From: Blastocystis sp. ATCC 50177/Nand II
Taxonomy: Eukaryota
Direction of reading: 5' to 3'
Length of the DNA stretch: 64,000 nt
Assembly (NCBI GenBank): GCA_039096935.1
Contig: JBBPEE010000035.1
Location: 620,001-684,000 of the forward strand
This document shows positions 50,804 to 62,503 of the stretch, in pieces. How positions within the stretch are numbered: position 1 is the stretch's first letter; each line of letters opens with the position of its first letter. Below the pieces are notes generated by a model. It did no database searches, was not told the origin of the DNA, and was given only the letters and a program-made list of their open reading frames with translations. The position numbers were made by a program, and so were the translations under genes.

Positions 50804-51199
50804 TTCTACGCATCACGCCCGCTGCACATGCCTTTGCACCCCGTTCTTCTTCTTGTGTTAAATGGACGCAGCAGCACGCAAATCAAACTGCTCGCACGGA
50901 TTTGGTGTTCCACTCCCGAAATCGGCCCGATTTGGGCCCTCCGCACAGCCGTTCTCCTATTGCGCGAATTCTTTTTCTATAGACTCTGAACATTGATTTT
51001 ATGCTTTGGGAGCAGAATGAAGGGATGATCGAGAATGATCATAGCGGTGAGCGGACTCACGTTCTCCTCACTTCACAAGTAAGAATACACCCGGCGGATC
51101 CGCGGAAGGCGCGGTTTCTGCGAACGTGCACGAAATAACTCGTTCTCCAATCAGAATCCCTTTCCCTTTTAAAAGCATAAACCGTTCTCTTGGTCGGCG

Positions 51200-52178
51200 A
51201 TGGAGCTCGTAAGTGTGCTGTGCCTACTGTTCGATGTCGGAGGCGAGCGTAGATGGTAAGAACTGTCCCATTCTTTCCATTCCGCTTCGCGCCGTCCTTT
51301 ACTGCTGGACATGCGTCACTCACCATTTCACAGGGAGAGGGAAGGATTAAGATCCGGAAGAAGAGAAAGCAGCGAAAAGCCCCGGAGGCGCCGAAGAAAG
51401 CACTGACCCCGTACATTTTCTTTAGTCAGGAAGTCCGCCCGCAGGTGAAGGCGAGTCTTCCGGAGGGAACAAAAGTGCCCGTCGTGTTTTGCGCTGAGGC
51501 GTAGGTGACGGAGATTGTGCGCGTGATCGCCGAACGATGGAGCGCGATGTCGAACGAGGAGAAGGCTCCCTATATAAAGATGGCGGAGGACGACAAGATT
51601 CGCTATTCCCAGCAGATAAACGCGTACGACGGCCCTCTGCACATCCCCGTGAGTAAGAAGCGCGGAAAGCAGCCGAAGTTCCCTGTAGGGTTGCTGGAGG
51701 ACGATGAACAATAGGGCGCTCCCAAGAGGGCCATGTCTCCCTTCCTGTTCTTCTCCAACGAGAAGCGGGGGATCGTCCAGTCGGAGAACCCAGACATGAA
51801 GATCACGGAAGTGTCTGCGAAGCTGGGCGAGATGTGGCGCCTCATGAGCGACGAGGAGAAGAAGCCGTACGTGGAGCGGAGCCGCATCGACCGCGACCGC
51901 TACCGGAGCCAGCAGAACGAGTTCAAGGGGAAGCTGCCGCACGCGGAGCTGGGCAAGAGCACGGCTTCGATTTCAGCGCCCATCCCCTCCGTGGTGACCT
52001 CCTCCCAGTGGAACATCCCGGTCGCGGACAACGCCGCCAACAGCGTGTACTCCCGCGTGTACGACATTCCTTCTCAGCAGACTACCTTCACGAACATCTC
52101 GATTCCCATCGGATTCAACAGCAGGTGCCTTCGCACGCTCTCACGCGTAGATATCATCCAATAGGCGGGAGCTTTTAG
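51200..52178 (+). CDS. Dual HMG-box protein
   Basis: 'APKKALTPYIFFSQEVR' and 'APKRAMSPFLFFSNEKR..KLGEMWRLMSDEEKKPY'. Confidence 0.88.
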
Positions 52179-52251
52179 TTTTGTGCTTCTTTTTTGCGGC
52201 TGTTTGGACGAAACACGACATGTTACGCATAGCATCCATTTTCACTTTCAC

Positions 52252-53025
52252 ATGGTCTTTGTAACAACTCTCATTCTGCACGGTGTGATTCTTCTCTGCC
52301 TTTGGCCCGGGCTGAAGAAGCCCATTCACTTCTTTTCCCTCGGGTATGCGCTCTCTGTTCTGTGTCAGAGTGTGTACTTGCTGCTGCTATATCGGGAGTG
52401 CTTCTCGCATTACCTGACTCTTCTCCATGCCCTTCTCTTCATCGGGTATGGTCTGCGATTGCTGCTCTACATTGTCCTTCACTCCTTTCGCGTGGCGGTA
52501 AACGCTGTGGAGAAGGAGCGAACGCAATACGCATTATCCGTACCACGAGCCGCATTGGTGATGTGTGTGTGCTCCGTTGTCCTCTTCTGCATGGTCTCTC
52601 CTCTCTTCTCCGCCATTCTGGCCACTGCCAACGGCGATCCGACAAATGGAGTGACGTATTGCATTGGACTCTTCTTTATGGCACTCGGACTCGGCGTTGA
52701 GAGTGTGGCGGACTGGCAGAAGAATCACTACAAGCGACCGCACCCAGAACTCTACTGCTCGAAGGGATTATTTGCCTACATGCGCATGCCCAACTATTTG
52801 GGGGAAATCCTCTTCTGGATCGGCAACCTCGTAACGACCTTCGCATTCCCCCGATGCGCGTTTCTACTTGTCTGCAACACGATTGGCTCCTTCTTTTCGA
52901 TCAGCGTCATGATCTACGCCGCCTTCGATTTGGACGCGAAGCAGTTGCGCTACAGCGCCACAGACCCGGAGTACATTGCGTACCGCAGGAGAACGTACGT
53001 TTTCTACCCACTTCCCTCTTCTTGA
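52252..53025 (+). CDS. DUF1295 / steroid 5-alpha-reductase-like membrane protein, apparently intronless
   Basis: 'YGLRL', 'ESVADWQK', 'GLFAYMRMPNYLGEILFWIG'. Confidence 0.85.
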   Translation: MVFVTTLILHGVILLCLWPGLKKPIHFFSLGYALSVLCQSVYLLLLYRECFSHYLTLLHALLFIGYGLRLLLYIVLHSFRVAVNAVEKERTQYALSVPRAALVMCVCSVVLFCMVSPLFSAILATANGDPTNGVTYCIGLFFMALGLGVESVADWQKNHYKRPHPELYCSKGLFAYMRMPNYLGEILFWIGNLVTTFAFPRCAFLLVCNTIGSFFSISVMIYAAFDLDAKQLRYSATDPEYIAYRRRTYVFYPLPSS

Positions 53026-53293
53026 TTCTCTCTTTCTGTTTTGTTCGACTCTTGCTCTACTTCTCTGGTTTTGTTTCAAACCCTTTCATCGCAGTCGATT
53101 CTCTGAGGCCATCTTCGCGCGACGGGCATAAACCACCAAAGCGTCTCTGCTGCATTTCCACGCGAATTGTGGTTAATAGAGAGCACACGCGCTGGTGACG
53201 TTATTGGAGGTCAATAGCGATTGGTGAACGAGTTTCCTCCAATCCTGTGGCGCACGGTGTCATGGCATCATTTTCGCATATATCTTTTGGTAA

Positions 53294-54610
53294 ATGAACA
53301 AGTTCATCTTCGGACTCACTGTCCTTCTTTCTGTTGTCCTCGCTGACAAGTACGCCATCATCTTCCAGGGTGATCGCGGCTACGGTAACTACTCCGACTC
53401 TAGCAACACCTGCCGTGCCTACGACGTACCCTTAGCCTCTTCTGCTCATGCATAGGATATTATCGCCTCTGGCATCCCCGCTGACCACGTTATCTACATG
53501 GCGAACGAGGCTACGCTCTCTGACAGCAACAACCCCTGGCCTGGCAAGCTGTTCACTCTGTCCGACCCTGAGGGCGAGGGCTGGGATCATGCTGCTGGAT
53601 GCAAGGAGCACTTCGACTACCAGGGCAAGATGATCGAGCCCGAGGTCGTGCTGGCCATCATCCGCCAGGACGAGGAGAAGGTCAAGTCTCTGACGGGTCT
53701 TGAGAACCCCAAGGTGTTCCACACCACGGAGGACGATACCCTCTTCATCTACTACTCGGACCACGGCTACGAGGGCGGTGTCGGCTGCGGCAGCGGTGTC
53801 ATAACCACGGAGCAGATGCAGGGTGCTCTGAAGGACCTGCACGAGAACAAGAGATACGGCAAGATGGCCTTCTTCCTGGAGGCTTGCGAGTCCGGCTCCG
53901 TCTTCGACACGCTCCCCACCAACCTGAACATCTACGCCTTCACCTCCGCCAACCAGACGGAGCCCGCCTGGTGCGACTACTGCCCTCCCAACGACGTGGT
54001 GAACCACAAGAGCATCGGCGTGTGCATGTCCATGTACTACGATAACGAGTACCAGCTGCTCTGGGAGCAGGAGTCCACGACCATCACGCTGGGCGAGCTG
54101 TTCCAGAAGACCCACGACGAGGTGGCCAAGTACAAGAACCAGGAGGTGTCCGAGTGGGGCGACCTGTCCATGCGCGACCTGCCCATGACCACCTTCATCG
54201 GCGACAAGCCCATCAAGACCCGCCACTTCGCGCAGCGCTCTGCCTCCACCACCCGTGTGGAGAAGAGCGAGGCGCCCATCCACGAGGCCAAGTGGCGCGC
54301 CATCCGCGCGGACAGCAACGCCAACGACGCTGCCTTCGCCGAGCTGCGCGAGCTGCTGAGCGTCAGAGCCAAGGAGGAGGTGGAGGTGATGCGTCTGGGC
54401 GCGACGGTGCTGGGCGAGAAGAAGATGAGCGAGAAGCTGAACGTGGACACCTTCGAGTACGACAGAGAGTGCGCCTCCGAGATGTTCAACGCTCTGCTCT
54501 CCAAGTGCAAGCACTCGCTTCCGTTCCCTGCCACCACTCGCCAGCTGATCCACGCCGTCTGCGAGAAGGGTCTGCACCAGAATGTGGAGTGGTCTGAGAT
54601 TTGCCTGTAA
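53294..54610 (+). CDS. Legumain-like cysteine protease (family C13), secreted
   Basis: Signal peptide MNKFIFGLTVLLSVVLA, 'FIYYSDHG', 'FFLEACESGS', Cys-containing C-terminal prodomain; one intron. Confidence 0.92.
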
Positions 54611-54714
54611 GGGGTGTTTGTGTTTGTTGTTGTCGCTCGATGATGCTTGCAAAGAGTCTTCGATATATGGAAACTGGGTGTGATCCACTATCTCACTCTA
54701 CACACAGCGGAACC

Positions 54715-57129
54715 ATGGAAGGAGGATCTACGATCGAGCTCCAGTTCCGAACTGGGGAAGATTTGTTCAAAAACTACAGCATCGGCATCATTCGCCAAGT
54801 CGTGGATAAGTCCGAGTACGCCACTCCTTTTCACGTGTTCTAATCATCTAGGAATCGGATTGCGGAGAAGCGAGAAGGACTGCGACAATTGGTGGGAGAC
54901 AAGTATTTGGACATGCTGAAGGTGTGCGACAGAATATCGAACATGAGCGCCGCCTTTGACACGGTCCGGAACTCCGTAACGGACGTGCTGCAGCTGTGCG
55001 CTGCCTTCAAGGAGGATTACGTGTATTCCAATGAGGACGCAACGAGCGGGGAGAGTCACGCCATTATCACGCAAGAGATGCTCTGGGAGGAGTACGACAA
55101 CGCGGACATGCTGAAGCTGGCGAAAGACTTGGCCCTTTTTCAGCACTGCCGTACCCTCCTTCCTTCCGCGTGATGGGTAGAGGATTCTCGTTACGCCTCG
55201 CTGAACGAGGAGTTCTTCGTCGAGTTCCCCGCCATCGCCTCGTCCAAGTGCATCACGCTCCTGCTCCAGACCAACGATCTGTCGAGCGAGGTCTCATTCC
55301 CCCATCAGCATCATCCGTAGAAGCGGATGGAGCTCTTCACGGCGTACGTGCTGTTCTCGCTCTACTCCCAGCCCGACGCCCCCATCTTCTCGTTGTTCCA
55401 GCACTTCCTCACCTCCGCCTCGGAATGCATCCTCTCCCACACAACCCCCGCCGACCTGCCTTCTCTCTGCTCCGTGGTCGCGGAGGTCCACACGCTCATC
55501 CAGTCGGTGCTCGCCGTCATGACCGCCGAGGACGCCTACACCACCTTCACCGCCTGTCTGCCCCAGGTCGAGCCCTCCTGGCGCGAGGCGCAGCGGCCCG
55601 CCATTGCCAAGGCGCTGCAGGAGTGGCTGGGAGGCGTGCTGGGCGCGCTGCGAACCATGGTGGACGGCGTGATTGCGCCGCTGCGCACGGTAGAGCAGCT
55701 AGCAGGCGTGAAGCGTCGTGTGCGCGAGGTGCTGACGGCGATGCAGGCACAGTGGGCGGCGTCGTTGCGTGTGATCTTCGCGGGCGAGACGACGGACCCG
55801 CTGGCGGCGCTGTTCGACGAGACGTTCGGCGCGAAGTCGCAGGAGTTGATCCGCGCGTGCTTCGAGGCGATGTGCGAGCAGATGCGGGCCAGCGTGACGC
55901 GGCTAAGCGACGTGAGTCTGGTGTATTTGAACGAGGAGGTCGCCAAGCGCGTGGTGTCTCCCATTACGCAGCTGTTTGTTGACTTGTCGGACCTGGAGTA
56001 CACGCAGTCGTAGGCGTGGGCTCGCGCCCTGAGCCGTAGGCCGGCGCTGATCGCCATCGTGGCGGCGGAGACCAAGAACGTCTTCGCCGCGGTGCTGCAG
56101 GGCTTCCAGGAAGCGGCGGAGGACGAGGAGAACGACCTCGCCACGGCGTTCGTGCTCTTCTCCGTACGGGACGCGGCGCGGCACATTGCACAGAGCTATC
56201 ACATCGATTTGCAGAAGTGTGTGTGAAGCGTGGGTGTGAGGCGTAGGATCGTGGAGGAGTACACGGCGTGCTTCCGCCGCGCGGTGCAGGCGTGGGTGCT
56301 GGGCACGCTGGACTACGAGAAGACGATCCGCGGGTACTTCGGCTCACTGCAGTGGGACATGCGCGACGCGGGTGGGCGCGGTGGCTGTGGGTGACGACAG
56401 AGTGGTACGAGGCGGTCAGCACGTGGAAGGAGTTTTCGCTGGGCGCGATGGAGGGCGAGGAGGAGGAGAAGGTGCTGGTGCCCGCCGCCTGCTCGCCCTG
56501 TCTCGTGGGGCTTCTCACGGAGCTCTGCCGACTCATCGACCGCGTGGCGCTGATCTCTCGCGACGTGGTGCTGAAGGAGCGGTGTGATGACTAGACGGCG
56601 TTCCTGCGCGAGGTGCGGGCGCTCTTCCTGCAGGCCTCCTATCACCGCATCGCGACGGTGTACGACGCGATGGTGCGCGAGCTGCTGCGCGAGCATCCCA
56701 GCATCGCCTCGCCAGGTCTGCTGCTGGTGGGTGTGAGTTGTGGGGCTAACACAAAGCTTCTCTTCGACCTGCTGTTCTTTGAGAAGGTGCTGGCAGCCTG
56801 TGAGCCTGACGAGTCGGGTATAGCGGAGGACCTGCGCGTGGTGGCGGCGCTGAAGGAGGCGGTGCTGGAGGAGATCGACCCGGTGGACTGGACGCTGGCA
56901 GAATCGTACATGCAGCTGGTGCTGGAGGAGTTCGTGTCGAGCATCGCGCTGCTGATCAGCCTGCTGCTGGCGGACGCGTACAAGCTGAAGAACGCCAGCG
57001 CGAGCAAGTCGCTGTCGAAGAATGCGAATGTCATTTTCACGCCGATCGAGAAGCTGCCGTCCTACCCCATCTCCTCGCCCTCCATCCAGCTGCTGCTGCA
57101 GTCGCGCATGAAGGAGAAGGATAGTGCGT
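54715..57129 (+). CDS. COG1: COG1-like (Vps51/COG1 N-terminal motif) tethering subunit
   Basis: 'KREGLRQLVGDKYLDMLKVCDRISNM' and late 'IDPVDW'. Stop predicted from poly(A) at T57129. Confidence 0.72.
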
Positions 57130-57133
57130 GGAG

Positions 57134-57141
57134 TGTTTGTT
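57134..57141 (+). terminator. TGTTTGTT polyadenylation motif (COG1)
   Basis: GCG T GGAG TGTTTGTT. Confidence 0.85.
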
Positions 57142-57337
57142 TGAGTGACAGTCGATCCAAATCACGCTTCCATCTCTCCTTTTGTCTCCAAACTCCCGTC
57201 AATGCTTGCTACAGTTGTGTTCATTTGTTTATTGTCACCGCGGTTATTGCATTTGTGGAGAACCATAATCTCGCCGTTTTTTGGCTCACACAGTTTAATC
57301 ACTCATTTCAGATTGTTGCTATTTGAAGCAGCTTAAC

Positions 57338-60300
57338 ATGGAATCCAATCGTGTTGGCAATAACGAGATTGTAGACGTGTTGGGAGAAGGGTATTCCAAT
57401 AGTTGGTGGATTAACGAATAGAGGCTACGGTGAGGTCTACAAAGCGTTGGACGTGAAGTCAAAGGACTACGTGGCTTTGAAGAAGCTTCATGCGGGTGTT
57501 CCATTTGATCGTTTGCAGAATGAAAGCAAGTTGCTGAAGGAATGCAATTCAAACTACATTGTAAGGTACAAGGACGTTATTTGGAATGAGAATGAACTCT
57601 GGGTACCCCGTGTGGCTGTTGATGATGCTGTAGATTGTGATGGAGTATTGCCGTTGCGGATCGCTTGCCGCTGTGATTCAAAGTGGCAATCGTTTGAATG
57701 AGGCTGAATTGCGTGACGTGGCGAGCTGCTGTCTGCTGGGATTGATCTACCTTCACGGGAAGAAGATCATTCATCGAGTGAGTGCATAGAAACGGAGTGA
57801 GCAGTAGGATGTCAAGCCAGACAATCTGTTTGTTTCGGAGAATGGGGTGATCAAGTTGGGTGACTTTGGCTTGGCGGTACAGTTGGAGCACACCAACTCC
57901 AAGAGAGACACGAAGTGTGGTACTTCATGGTACATGGCGCCCGAAACGTATGATGGGAAAACGACGTTGGAAAGCGACGTTTGGGCTCTTGGCATTTCAC
58001 TGATTGAATTGGCGGAAGGAAAGAACCCGTTCAGCGGTTACAGTGATATGCAGGTGAGCGCTGCTGGAGAGGGATGAAGAGTAGGTGATGAAGACAGTGA
58101 ACTTCGGCGAACCGCCTTCTCTTTCAAGCGAGAAGTGGTCTGCTGCGTTCGTGGACTTTGTGAACAAGTGTTTGGTGAGGGATGTGAACGAGCGGTGGAG
58201 TGTGGAACAGTTGATGAATGTGAGTGTTGTATGGGGAGAGTGATGAATAGCACCCCTTTGTGAGGGACTCCGTGGAGAGAATTCGGAATAGCGGCAATTC
58301 GGAGGCGTTGCTGGCGCTGGCAAAACGCATCAGCGACACGATGAAACAGCGCAGTAGTCAGACGCTGTCGATGAATCTTTCACCCAATACAGTGGTTGAG
58401 AGAGCATCTCCGGGAGTGTCGAGAATGAAGTTCCCCATTCTGAGAAACTACTCTTCAGACGGTTACTATTCTCTTCAAGAGATCATGGCGGAAAGAGAGA
58501 AGAGAGAGGCAGAATTGGTTGAACGCGAACGGAATAAAGTCGAAATCTCGAGCATGAAAGACCTGAAAAAGGCGAGTGTGGAGACTAGAGTGATTGAAGT
58601 ATTGCCGAATTGTTGCAATGAAGTGGAAACGACAGTACTGGATCTTAGTCGATTTGTGAATCTACAGGAATTCAGAGTACGTGACAATTGCTTTGAGAAT
58701 GTGAATGAAGTGAAGTTGATTGGAATGAAGATGTTGGAGAGTGTGATTGTTGGAGAGAATTGCTTCACGAAGAAAGAGAATGGTGGTAGTAAGGATCCAA
58801 TTGGTCATTTCTACGTGAAGAATTGTGAGAAACTGAGAGAGTTGAAGATTGGCCGTTGCTCTTTCGAGTATTATTCCGTGTGTGAGATTGAGAATGTCGG
58901 TAGTTTGGAAGTGATTGAAATGGGAGAATCAAAGAGGGATAGCTACACATTCTTTTATACTGCTTCATTGAGATTGAAGAGTGATTGCTCTGTGTTGAGA
59001 GTGATGAATAGACTTACCGAGTTTGAAATCACTTCTATTTGGTAATGGTTCATTCAATCAATGCTCTCATGTTGTATTTGAGGGTGAGTTGCTTGAAGTG
59101 AGAATGATGACTAGATTTGCCTGAATTGAAATCAATTGAGATTGAGAATGAATGCTTTAAGAATGTGAGTGAATTGAAGTTGATTGGAATGAAGATGTTG
59201 AAGAAAGTGCTGATTGGAGAGAATTGTTTCACGAAGAAGAAGAGTGATGATGATAAGAATGCATATGGATTGTATGTGAAGAGTTGTGAGTCATTGAGAG
59301 AATTGAAGATTGGTAATAATTCTTTTGAGGAGTATTCTGTGTGTGAGATTGAGAGTGTTGGCAGTTTGGAATTGATTGAAGTGGGAAATGAATGCTTTAA
59401 GAATGTGAGTGAATTGAAGTTGATTGGAATGAATGGATTGGAGAGGGTGTTGATTGGGCAGAATAGTTTCACGAAGTGTAAGAATGGTTATGGTTGGGAT
59501 ATAAATCGTCATTTCTATTTGAAGGATTGTGAGTTATTGAGAGAATTGAAGATTGGTCGTTATTCCTTCTCTGACTATTCCGTGTGTGAGATTGAGAATA
59601 TACCTTCTTTGGAAGTGATTGAAATGGGAGAATTGAATGAAGAGAGTAACAATTTCTATTATGCTTCCAAATTGGTTTTGAAGAGTGACTGCTCAGTGTT
59701 GAGAATGATGAATAGATTTGGCTAAATTGACTTCCATTCAGTTTGGTGATAGGGCATTCTGTAAGTGTTCTCGTGTTGCATTTGAGAGTGAATTGCTTGA
59801 AGTGAGAATGATGAGTAGATTTGCCTGAATTGAAATCAATTGAGATGGGAAGTGATTGCTTTAAGAATGTGAGTGAATTGAAGTTGATTGGAATGAAAAT
59901 GTTGGAGAGTGTGATTGTTGGAGAGAATTGCTTCACGGAGAAGAGTGAGAATGACAAGAATGCATATGGATTGTATGTGAAGAATTGTGAGAAACTGAGA
60001 GAATTGAAGATTGGTAATCATTCTTTTGAGGAGTATTTTGTGTGTGAGATTGAGAATGTTGGCAGTTTGGAAGTAATTGAAGTGGGAAGTGTGTGCTTTA
60101 GTAATGTGAGTGAATTGAAGTTGAAGAGTGATTGCTCTGTGTTGAGAGTGACGAATAGACTTACCGGGTTTGAAATCACTTCTATTTAGTGGTTGGGCAT
60201 TCTATAATTGTTCTCGTGTTGCATTTGAGAGTGAATTGTTTGAGGTGAGAATGATGACTAGATTTGCCTGAATTGAAATCAATTGAGATGGGAAATAATT

Positions 60301-62503
60301 GCTTTAAGAATGTGAGTGAATTGAAGTTGATTGGAATGAAGATGTTGGAGAGTGTGATTGTTGGAGAGAATTGCTTCACGAAGAAGAGTGATAAGGAATC
60401 ATATGGATTGTATGTGAAGAATTGTGAGTCATTGAGAGAATTGAAGATTGGTAATCATTCTTTTGAGGAATATTCCGTGTGTGAGATTGAGAATGTTGGT
60501 AGTTTGGAATTGATTGAAGTGGGAAGTGATTGTTTAAAGAATGTGAATGAATTGAAGTTGATTGGAATGAAGGGATTGGAGAGAGTGTTGATTGGACAGA
60601 ATAGTTTCACGAAGAAGAAGGATAACGAAAGGAGTACAGCACGGACTAGGAATCACTATCGTGCTGTAACAAAGAGAGTTGAATACCAGGGTGTATGTGG
60701 ATTGTATGTGAAGAATTGTGAGTCATTGAGAGAATTGAAGATTGGTAATCATTCTTCTGAAGAGTATTCTGTGTGTGAGATTGAGAATGTTGGCAGTTTG
60801 GAAGTAATTGAAATGGGAAGTGATTGCTTTAAGAATGTGAATGAATTGAAGTTGAAGAGTGACTGCTCAGTGTTGAGAATGATGAATAGATTTGCCTGTA
60901 TTGACTTCCATTCAGTTTGGTGATAGGGCATTCTGTTGGTGTTCTCGTGTTGCATTTGAGAGTGAATTGCTTGAAGTGAGAATGATGAGTAGATTTGCCT
61001 GAATTGAAATCAATTGAGATGGGAAGTGATTGCTTTAAGAATGTGAGTGAATTGAAGTTGATTGGAATGAAGATATTGGAAAGGGTGTTGATTGGAGAGA
61101 ATTGCTTCACGAAGAAGAAGAGTGAGAATGACAAGAATGTATATGGATTGTATGTGAAGAATTGTGAGTCATTGAGAGAATTGAAGATTGGTAATCATTC
61201 CTTTGAGGAGTATTCCGTGTGTGAGATTGAGAATGTTGGTAGTTTGGAATTGATTGAAGTGGGAAATGAATGCTTTAAGAATGTGAGTGAATTGAAGTTG
61301 ATTGGAATGAAGATGTTGAAGAAAGTGCTGATAGGGGATAATTGTTTCACGAAGAAGAAGGATAAGAATGATAAGAGTGTATATGGATTGTATGTGAAGA
61401 ATTGTGAGTCATTGAGAGAATTGAAGATTGGTTGTTATTCCTTCACTAACTATTCCGTGTGTGAGATTGAGAACGTGCCTTCTCTGGAAGTGATTGAAAT
61501 AGGAGGATTGGATAGATGGAGTAGACGGGACGATCAGCGTAGCGTTTTCTATCATGCTTCCAAATTGGAATTGAAGAGTGATTCTGGACGAATGAAACGA
61601 TGACTAGATTTGCCTAAATTGACTTCCATTCAATTTGGTGATTATGCATTCTATAATTGTTCTCGTGTTGCATTTGAGAGTGAGTTGCTTGGGGTGAGAA
61701 TGATGAATAGATTTGCCTGTATTGACTTCCATTCAGTTTGGTGATGAGGCATTCTATTGTTGTTCTCGTGTTGCATTTGAGGGTGAATTGTTAGAAGTGA
61801 GAATGATGAATAGATTTGCCTGAATTGACTTCCATTCAGTTTGGTAATAAGGCATTCTATTGTTGTTCTCGTGTTGTATTTGAGAGTGAATTGTTCAAGG
61901 ATGAGAATGATGAGTAGATTTGCCTAAATTGACTTCCATTCAGTTTGGTGATAGAGCATTCTGTTATTGTTCTCGTGTTGCATTTGAGAGTGAATTGTTA
62001 GAAGTGAGAATGATGAATAGATTTGCCTGAATTGACTTCCATTCAGTTTGGTAATAAGGCATTCTATTGTTGTTCTCGTGTTGCATTTGAGAGTGAGTTG
62101 CTTGAAGTGAGAATGATGAATAGATTTGCCTGAATTGACTTCCATTCAACTTGGGTATAGTGCATTCCAATTCCAGAAAGATGATGACTCAACGGAATTG
62201 AATATGCGAAGTGAATGATATGAAATGAAATAACAAATAGAATTGCCTAAACTCACCTCACTCACTACTACAAAATGCAGTGACACATTCCGCTATCCTC
62301 GTTCCATTACATTTGACAGTAGTCCCTTCTTCCTTCTTTTCAACTAGATATTCCTTCTTTGGAGACAGTTACTCTTCCTAATGCCTTTAAACAAGTCAGG
62401 AATGTCAACATTCACAGTGCAGCTTCATTCCCCGTATCACGTCTAGACACTCCATTTGCATTGCGGAAACATTTCATATTCAAGTCCTGTTGTTCCATTC
62501 TTT
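57338..62503 (+). CDS. STE20-like kinase fused to a long LRR-like tandem array, predicted C-terminal CaaX (CCSIL)
   Basis: 'LGEGGYGEVY', 'VALKK', 'IHRDVKPDN', 'DFGLA', 'GTSWYMAPE', then many LRR-like modules across phase-1 introns. Confidence 0.85.
58990..61600 (+). repeat. Higher-order tandem array (~450-730 bp modules: single-LRR exon + intron + long multi-LRR exon)
   Basis: ATTTGCCTGAATTGAAATCAATTGAG recurs at about 59115, 59819, 60262 and 60993, with near-identical flanking introns. Confidence 0.9.
61608..62210 (+). repeat. 103/104-bp tandem repeat: 72-nt LRR exon + 31/32-nt intron, 5 full copies plus a divergent sixth
   Basis: Unit starts at 61608, 61711, 61814, 61918, 62021 and 62124. 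Confidence 0.95.

Noticed and set aside
61608..62210. Regularly spaced repeats resembling a CRISPR array
   Set aside because: Whole units are repeated with no unique spacers, each unit is an exon plus a GT-AG intron, the host is eukaryotic and no cas genes are present.
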